Assembly (NCBI GenBank): GCA_015059735.1
Contig: SUZX01000004.1
Span: 34,844 to 98,843 of the forward strand
DNA: 64,000 bases
Direction: 5' to 3'
DNA from: Rikenellaceae bacterium
Lineage (GTDB): Bacteria > Bacteroidota > Bacteroidia > Bacteroidales > Rikenellaceae
Positions 58,228 through 64,000 of the stretch are shown here, in pieces (position 1 is the stretch's first letter; the number at the start of each line of letters is the position of its first letter). The position numbers were made by a program, and so were the translations under genes. Below the pieces are notes generated by a model that had not been told where the DNA came from, did no database searches, and saw only the letters and a program-made list of their open reading frames with translations.

Positions 58228-60168
58228 ATGAACCATTACAATCCTAAATCAATTATTTGGATACAAAGATTTGCTCTTTTTATCCTGTTATTTGTGATCA
58301 GTACCGCTACGGCACAAGAGCGTCGTGTAATTTGTGACACAACTTGTAAAACAACCTTCTCGAGTAACGCGCAATCGGCACAACTTCCTGCCACTATTAA
58401 GTGCGCAGTAGTATCACCGGTAGGACGAGGGACAGTGCCGATGATCAATCAGGCTCCGCGTCTGACAACCCTCGAAGGAAAGACCATTGCCGTTGTCGGT
58501 GGCAGTTTCATGGCATCCATCACACATCCCGAGATCAAGCGTCTGATTTTGGCACATTATCCCACCGCCAAAGTCTTGTTGCTCGATGAGGTAGGCTCAG
58601 CTGGAGTATATCCCGCACCGGGAGTTGTACGCCGCTCAAAAGAGGAGTTTCAGGCTCGGTTGCGTGAGAAACGGGTCGATGCGGTAATTTCAGGGAACTG
58701 CGGATGCGGACTTTGTACTCCCAAAGAGTGCGGATCGTGCATTGCAGCGGAGTACCTCGGAATTCCGGCGGTGGCAATTGCCGCACCGACTTTTATTGAT
58801 CAGGTATTCTACACCTCAACCAACAACGGAGTTCCGGCACCGCGTGTCGCCGAATACCCGGGGGCTTTTGCGGCACATACACCCGAAGAGTTGATTCGTA
58901 ACACCCGCGAAGTGTTGTGGCCACAAATTGTCAAAGCGCTCACCGAGCCGATAACCGCAGAGGAGTTGGCACGCAATACAGGCCGCAATAAAGGGGATAT
59001 TCGGGATGATGTTTTCTACGGCACGATCGAAGAGATCAATGCCCACTTTCGCGAACAGCGATGGAGTGATGGTCTGCCTATCATACCACCCACTTACGAG
59101 CGCGTAAAAGAGTTCTTGCGTTATACCGATCTGCGTTGGGATGAGACAGTAGCTGTTTTGCCCGTAGCGCACCGCAACACGACAACTTGGCATGTCGCAG
59201 CAAACGCAGTAATGGCAGGATGCAAGCCCGAATATATGCCGATACTTATCGCGCTAACAAAGGCAATCGGAGCACCCGAGTTTCGCCGCACGATTGCCAG
59301 TACCCACGCTTGGGTGCCCTATTGCTGGCTCAATGGCCCCGTAGCACGACAACTCGGCATAAGCAACGGAGCGGGTGAAATCTCGGAAGCCGCGAATGTG
59401 GCGATCGGACGTTTCATGAATTTGGCATTGATGAATCTGGCAGGATACTACGTCGGTGAGAACCGCATGGGAACATTCGGGTATCCGATGTCTTGGTGTT
59501 TGGCCGAAGATGAAATTGCTTGTCGCGAGATCGGATGGAAACCCTACCATGTACGCGCCGGCTTCTCGTACAATGACAATACGATAACGGTGGCTTCAAC
59601 ACTTCTATGGGGTAACAACTTGGCACCCTCGACCACCGACCCATATCGAATCATGGAGTTGTTGGCATGGGATATCTCAGAGCGTTGTCAGTTTGCTCTT
59701 GGCAGTGGACGTCCTTATACATTCCGTACAATACTAATGACTCCTCCGGTTGCTAAAAACCTTGCTGCAAAGTACAAAAATCCGCAATCTCTTGAAGCGG
59801 ATTTGATCCTTACAGCTCGCAGGCCGCTCGATGAGCGTGTTTTTGCCAACTATTACGCCAACCCGGGCAGTTCTCCCGAAAGCCGTCATCCGATCCAACG
59901 ATGGAAAGCGCACCTTTCACGCACCGAAGGAGCCGAGATGACCGCTGTGCCGGTATGGCACGCAACCTCCGACCGAGAGATGATGACCTTGCCGACCATG
60001 CGTCAAGGAATGACAGCGTTTCTTGTTACGGGCGATACAAGTCGCAATAAGATTCAGACCATGCCGGGCGGAGGATATAAAACCATCGAGATCGAATTAC
60101 CGGCAGCATGGGACAAACGCATGGCCGAATTGGGATATCCTACAATTAAAGAATTTTATATCAAATAG
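58228..60168 (+). CDS. Secreted Cys-rich protein with a CGSC (UGSC-like) motif domain plus a large uncharacterised C-terminal domain
   Basis: The product has the signal FALFILLFVISTATAQ. It contains VISGNCGCGLCTPKECGSCIAAEYLGIPAV, which resembles, from memory, the UGSC family (seleno)protein motif with Cys in place of Sec. Confidence 0.45.
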   Translation: MNHYNPKSIIWIQRFALFILLFVISTATAQERRVICDTTCKTTFSSNAQSAQLPATIKCAVVSPVGRGTVPMINQAPRLTTLEGKTIAVVGGSFMASITHPEIKRLILAHYPTAKVLLLDEVGSAGVYPAPGVVRRSKEEFQARLREKRVDAVISGNCGCGLCTPKECGSCIAAEYLGIPAVAIAAPTFIDQVFYTSTNNGVPAPRVAEYPGAFAAHTPEELIRNTREVLWPQIVKALTEPITAEELARNTGRNKGDIRDDVFYGTIEEINAHFREQRWSDGLPIIPPTYERVKEFLRYTDLRWDETVAVLPVAHRNTTTWHVAANAVMAGCKPEYMPILIALTKAIGAPEFRRTIASTHAWVPYCWLNGPVARQLGISNGAGEISEAANVAIGRFMNLALMNLAGYYVGENRMGTFGYPMSWCLAEDEIACREIGWKPYHVRAGFSYNDNTITVASTLLWGNNLAPSTTDPYRIMELLAWDISERCQFALGSGRPYTFRTILMTPPVAKNLAAKYKNPQSLEADLILTARRPLDERVFANYYANPGSSPESRHPIQRWKAHLSRTEGAEMTAVPVWHATSDREMMTLPTMRQGMTAFLVTGDTSRNKIQTMPGGGYKTIEIELPAAWDKRMAELGYPTIKEFYIK

Positions 60169-60299
60169 TTATCGTTTGGTTATTTGTGCTCTATAAACCA
60201 CATCCACTCTTCCATGAGGCACTTGCGAGAGTAGTTCCGCTTAAAATACACTGACCAACGACAGAACTTCAAACGGAACATGGTGAGATTATTCAATGA

Positions 60300-60331
60300 G
60301 TCAGCCCCTGCTAAATCTAGCAGGGGCTGAC
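60300..60331. terminator. Perfect 14-bp GC-rich hairpin between convergent genes (no U-tract)
   Basis: The stem is gtcagcccctgcta/tagcaggggctgac with a 4-nt loop. Confidence 0.5.
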
Positions 60332-60365
60332 CTTAGTTATCGGATTTAGATGTTAGTCCGAATGT

Positions 60366-62153
60366 TTAGGGAGCCGTTAACAGAGCAACAATCTGATCCA
60401 ATGCTGTTTTGATGTCCGTGTTGCCGCTTTGTACTGCGGTTACGATTGCTTTAACCGAAGTGTTAAGTTCCTCAATCTTTACCACATTAGCATCTCCTTG
60501 CGCCTTCAATTGAGCCTCAACAGCTGTCAATGTCGTAGCAATTGCATCCAACTGCGTCGCATAATTCGGCAGAGAAGAGATTGCGGTTTCAATAGCACTC
60601 AATTTATCGGTGTAGTTAGGCAGAGCCGTGATTGCGGTAACGATAGCACCTAATTTCTCAGTATAGTCGGGCAGTGCCGCGATAGCATTGCTGATGGCTG
60701 TGAGTTGGGCTGTATAGTCGGGAGCAGCAGCAATTGCATTCTTGATCTCCTCCAACATGGTGTTATATTCAGGAATGTTCTTGATTGCGGTCTCGATAGC
60801 ACCCAACTTCTCGGTATAGTCGGGCAGAGCCTTAATAGCTGTTTCAAGAGCACCTAATTTCTCAGTGTAGTCGGGCAGTGCCTTGATAGCGGTTTCGAGA
60901 GCTCCCAATTTCTCAGTGTAGTCGGGCAGAGCCTTAATGGCTGTTTCGAGAGCAGCTAATTTCTCAGTGTAGTCAGGCAGTGCCTTGATAGCGGTTTCGA
61001 GAGCTCCCAATTTCTCAGTGTAGTCGGGCAGAGCCTTAATGGCTGTTTCGAGAGCAGCTAATTTCTCGCTATAATCCGGTAATGCTGCAATGGCAGTCTC
61101 GATAGCCGTCAGTTGCGTTGTGTAGTCGGGCAGAGCCTTGATTGCCGTTTCGAGCAGATCCATTTTACCCTCCAAACTCAATGTCTGAGCCTTCATCGCA
61201 GCCTCAACAGCAGCCACTTTCTCAGCCATTGTAGTAGTCGAACTTTCGATAATCGATTTGATTGCATCGAGCTTCGTTGCAAGGTCGGCATTCAACGTAT
61301 CGATAGCAGTTACAAGACTAGTAGCCATATCTTCGATCGCTACAATTTGGTTATCGATAGCAGTTTTGAGCAGATCCATTTTACCCTCCAAACTCAATGT
61401 TTGAGCCTTCATCGCAGCCTCAACAGCAGCCACTTTCTCAGCCATTGTAGTAGTCGAACTTTCGATGATCGATTTGATTGCATCGAGCTTCGTTGCAAGG
61501 TCGGCATTCAACGCATCGATAGCAGTTACAAGACTAGTAGCCATATCTTCGATCGCTACAATTTGGTTATCGATAGCAGTTTTGAGCAGATCCATTTTAC
61601 CCTCCAAACTCAACGTTTGAGCCTTCATCGCAGCCTCAACAGCAGCCACTTTCTCAGCCATTGTAGTAGTCGAACTTTCGATAATCGATTTGATTGCATC
61701 GAGTTTCGTTGCAAGGTCGGCATTCAACGCATCGATAGCAGTTGCAAGACTAGCAGCCATATCGTTGATTGCGATAATCTGGTTGTCAACAGCAGCTTTG
61801 AGCAGATCGAGTTTACCCTCCAAACTCAACGTTTGAGCCTTCATCGCAGCCTCAATGGCGAGCAGTTTCGTCTCGATCGTTGTATTCATACTGGTAAGTA
61901 CCTCGATAATCGACTGCAACTTAGCGGCTTGATCGGCATTCATTTTATCGATAGCGTCGATAAGGGCTTGAAGAGCCTCGGCTTGATTCATAAAGCCATT
62001 GTTGATGGCATTTACTACTTCGGTAAAATCATTGTTTACCGTAATATTCAATGTATAATTGATTTCGGGTGCATCCTCTTGGCAAGAAGTGAAGAGGGCG
62101 GGAATTGCCAACGTTGTCATCAAGGCAAAAATGCGAATTGAAAAGCGTTTCAT
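60366..62153 (-). CDS. Highly repetitive all-helical (coiled-coil-like) lipoprotein
   Basis: The product has the signal MKRFSIRIFALMTTLAIPALFTSC. It contains about 3.6 copies of a 72-aa repeat and 12 copies of a 17-aa ETAIKALPDYTEKLGAL repeat. Confidence 0.8.
   Translation of the reverse strand: MKRFSIRIFALMTTLAIPALFTSCQEDAPEINYTLNITVNNDFTEVVNAINNGFMNQAEALQALIDAIDKMNADQAAKLQSIIEVLTSMNTTIETKLLAIEAAMKAQTLSLEGKLDLLKAAVDNQIIAINDMAASLATAIDALNADLATKLDAIKSIIESSTTTMAEKVAAVEAAMKAQTLSLEGKMDLLKTAIDNQIVAIEDMATSLVTAIDALNADLATKLDAIKSIIESSTTTMAEKVAAVEAAMKAQTLSLEGKMDLLKTAIDNQIVAIEDMATSLVTAIDTLNADLATKLDAIKSIIESSTTTMAEKVAAVEAAMKAQTLSLEGKMDLLETAIKALPDYTTQLTAIETAIAALPDYSEKLAALETAIKALPDYTEKLGALETAIKALPDYTEKLAALETAIKALPDYTEKLGALETAIKALPDYTEKLGALETAIKALPDYTEKLGAIETAIKNIPEYNTMLEEIKNAIAAAPDYTAQLTAISNAIAALPDYTEKLGAIVTAITALPNYTDKLSAIETAISSLPNYATQLDAIATTLTAVEAQLKAQGDANVVKIEELNTSVKAIVTAVQSGNTDIKTALDQIVALLTAP
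60540..61151 (-). repeat. 12 tandem copies of a 51-bp (17-aa) repeat, with the central copies forming a 102-bp higher-order alternation (LGAL/LAAL variants)
   Basis: The period was measured directly: ctcagtgtag recurs at 60861 and 60912. Confidence 0.9.
61152..61922 (-). repeat. About 3.6 tandem copies of a 216-bp (72-aa) repeat, with the central copies nearly identical
   Basis: The period was measured directly: gcctcaacagcagcc recurs at 61201 and 61417. Confidence 0.9.
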
Positions 62154-62200
62154 ATATATTTCAGTATTTAATTATTATTTATTCACTTAATTATTTTTTG

Positions 62201-63547
62201 TTATTCTACGGTAATCTTTACACGACGAGCCTCGGCTCCATCGAGTCCTCGCTGTTCTCCAACTGCGAAAGCCGGACTAATATCCTCGGCGGCAACACCA
62301 GCCTCTTTGAGCACCTTGATAATCTGTTGTAAACGACGCTCACTCAGACGCTGATTGTGCTGTTTTGTACCCGGCGTACTGGCCTCCGCCATCATCGAAA
62401 GTTTCTTACCTTTCACACGCTCTGCAAAAGCGGTCAACGCTGCTTTATCCGCATCGCTAAGATCCGAACTGTTGTTTTCGAACTGAACGACATGAGTCGG
62501 CTTATTCAACTGTGCAAGCAATGCTTCGCGGCTCTCTCCGCACTCTTTCAAACGACGTTGCAGATCGGCATTCTCGCTCTCCATACGCTTAACCGCAGCC
62601 GTAGCTTTGTTTACACGGGCTTTCTCGGCTTTCACCCGACGTTGCAGGGTGTTTACATGAGAGTCAAGTTTGGCGATACGACCATCATAGTAGGCTTTTT
62701 GCTTTTTGGCCTTACCCGGCACAAAGTTGTAGCGGAAAGTAACAAGAGCCAATGCAAGATTCTTCGGAGCCACCGATTGGCGATTCAACACCCAACTAAA
62801 ACCACCCTTCACGCCGAGCGTAAATTGACGAGCAACATCGAACTCGACATGCAACGAAAGCGGGATATAAAGTTTGTTAAACGACGAACGGGAGTTTGTT
62901 GCAAGTACGTTGCTTGAAATCGAAACACTCGAATCGTTGTCAACGCGCAAATCGTCGGTAATAGGAGTGGTAACGCCATCTTGCGTAATGGTATTGTTGA
63001 AATAAATACCATATTCGTTGCCGCTGGCAAACATACCGCCCAAACCCGTTCCCAACCAGATGTTAAGCCACTGTGTTTGGCGACGCGGCCAAAACTCCAT
63101 GACGTTAAAATCGGCTCCGAGTTTGACATTGTGGTAGTTTGTCAAGAAGTTGCCATAAGCCTTAGCTGGCAAAGTAGTGACATCCAGCTGGGAGAAGCGC
63201 TGCTCACGGCGATAACGCGACCACAGATACTCTGCACCAACACGTACCCAGGGGCGAATGGTGTAATCTACACCACCACCTATTGCGGGAGCAAGACCGT
63301 AACTCTTCTTGGCATTGATGCTCTCATATGACACACCGGTAGCCCACGAAAGACCTCCCTGTACATAAATACTCCAAGTACCTGTGCGGACGTCCTTGTT
63401 GTAATCTCGTTTGTCCGGCAGCCCATCACTGTCAGTCTTTGCAAACGCAGAGGCTGAAAATATGACAGAAAACAAGGCGACTAGACACACGCTTGCCATC
63501 CTGCCACCTCGTGGCGAAAATAGCGGAATCGATCGTCTTTTTTGCAT
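62201..63547 (-). CDS. OmpA family protein: N-terminal beta-barrel-like region, central coiled coil, C-terminal OmpA/peptidoglycan-binding domain
   Basis: The signal is MASVCLVALFSVIFSASAFA. The coiled-coil segment reads RRVKAEKARVNKATAAVKRMESENADLQRRLKE. The C-terminus is OmpA-like (FENNSSDLS...LSERR...RRVKITV). The start is trimmed to the ATG at 63547. Confidence 0.75.
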   Translation of the reverse strand: MQKRRSIPLFSPRGGRMASVCLVALFSVIFSASAFAKTDSDGLPDKRDYNKDVRTGTWSIYVQGGLSWATGVSYESINAKKSYGLAPAIGGGVDYTIRPWVRVGAEYLWSRYRREQRFSQLDVTTLPAKAYGNFLTNYHNVKLGADFNVMEFWPRRQTQWLNIWLGTGLGGMFASGNEYGIYFNNTITQDGVTTPITDDLRVDNDSSVSISSNVLATNSRSSFNKLYIPLSLHVEFDVARQFTLGVKGGFSWVLNRQSVAPKNLALALVTFRYNFVPGKAKKQKAYYDGRIAKLDSHVNTLQRRVKAEKARVNKATAAVKRMESENADLQRRLKECGESREALLAQLNKPTHVVQFENNSSDLSDADKAALTAFAERVKGKKLSMMAEASTPGTKQHNQRLSERRLQQIIKVLKEAGVAAEDISPAFAVGEQRGLDGAEARRVKITVE

Positions 63548-63602
63548 ATTATATAAAAGTTTTAAGTGAGTATGTTTATTTTCTATTCTATTCAAATATC
63601 TC

Positions 63603-63890
63603 TTAATGGCTCTGCATGGACCATCCCAAGAAAAAGAAACTTGCGACAATACCGATGGTAATGAATATTACCGTAAGTAGAATAATGGTAGCACGAGCCC
63701 AATTCACTTTGTTGGCCGGAATCAAATCCTTGCTGGCAAATGCCCACCCCAAGAGCATAATGATATTCAACACCGGAATCAACGTTATCACCAACATGGC
63801 CATCCACTCACGGACCGAGAGCACGCGATTGTCTTGGCACTCCTGCATACAGTCTTTTGACTCGGGGTCTTCGATCCATTTGTGAAACAT
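63603..63890 (-). CDS. Small integral membrane protein (2 predicted transmembrane helices), function unknown
   Basis: The 95-aa product has two long hydrophobic segments. It lies directly upstream of the OmpA-family gene on the same strand. Confidence 0.45.
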   Translation of the reverse strand: MFHKWIEDPESKDCMQECQDNRVLSVREWMAMLVITLIPVLNIIMLLGWAFASKDLIPANKVNWARATIILLTVIFITIGIVASFFFLGWSMQSH

Positions 63891-64000
63891 AACAATTGTT
63901 TTATCTGGTTTCCGAATACAAAATTATCGGCCGCGCCCATATGAAGAGAAAAAAGCAGATATTATTATGTGCGGATACACGGCATATTCACAAAATAGCG

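Noticed and set aside
58228-60168. Selenocysteine recoding in the UGSC-like gene.
   Set aside because: The ORF is continuous with no in-frame TGA, and the motif position is occupied by Cys (CGSC). There is therefore no need to invoke a SECIS element.
60540-61151. Whether the 51-bp tandem repeats could be a CRISPR array.
   Set aside because: The repeats are contiguous with no unique spacers. They lie in frame within a long ORF, encode a regular 17-aa helical unit, and no cas genes are nearby.
61113-62141. A 342-aa ORF antisense to the repetitive lipoprotein gene. It is itself repetitive.
   Set aside because: Its periodicity simply mirrors the 216-bp repeats. The minus-strand frame has a proper lipoprotein signal peptide and a coherent helical sequence, whereas the antisense product is Cys/Ser/Phe-rich and not protein-like.

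Overview
This is a 64 kb chromosomal window that I assign to Bacteroidota, probably Bacteroidales. The assignment is inferred from the gene order tRNA-Thr/Tyr/Gly, tuf, tRNA-Trp, secE-nusG-rplK-rplA-rplJ-rplL-rpoB, from many lipoprotein signal peptides (hydrophobic run followed by Cys), from recurrent TAnnTTTG -7 boxes, and from very short leaders without Shine-Dalgarno sites.

Most of the window is core genome:
- The tuf/ribosomal protein/rpoB block (1-6100, minus strand).
- A four-gene glycogen cluster (8.7-17.6 kb) that ends in a 1416-aa fusion of a eukaryote-type GT3 glycogen synthase and a GT35 alpha-glucan phosphorylase.
- Housekeeping genes: hemW, tpiA, lysS, tsaC, thrS-infC, pdxA, trmH-like, rnz, trxB, slyD, gcvP.
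- Secreted peptidases (a tricorn-like S41 protease and an M14 carboxypeptidase).
- Several uncharacterised lipoproteins.

I saw no CRISPR array, transposase, integrase, phage genes or recognisable defence island.

The leads I consider most worth following are:
1. An operon-like trio at 60.4-63.9 kb. It has a small membrane protein, an OmpA-family protein with an internal coiled coil, and a 595-aa all-helical lipoprotein. The lipoprotein is built from about 3.6 near-identical 216-bp repeats plus 12 copies of a 51-bp (17-aa, PDY-motif) repeat.
2. Three long G/C homopolymer tracts (11, 8 and 9 nt). All are intergenic and all sit just upstream of candidate promoters of surface or secreted protein genes. 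They are candidates for slipped-strand phase variation.
3. A secreted Cys-rich 646-aa protein with a CGSC (UGSC-like) motif behind a long leader.
4. The GT3-GT35 fusion.
5. infC, which has no canonical start codon upstream of its conserved N-terminal motif.

All functional calls come from reading the translations by eye. No database search was possible.
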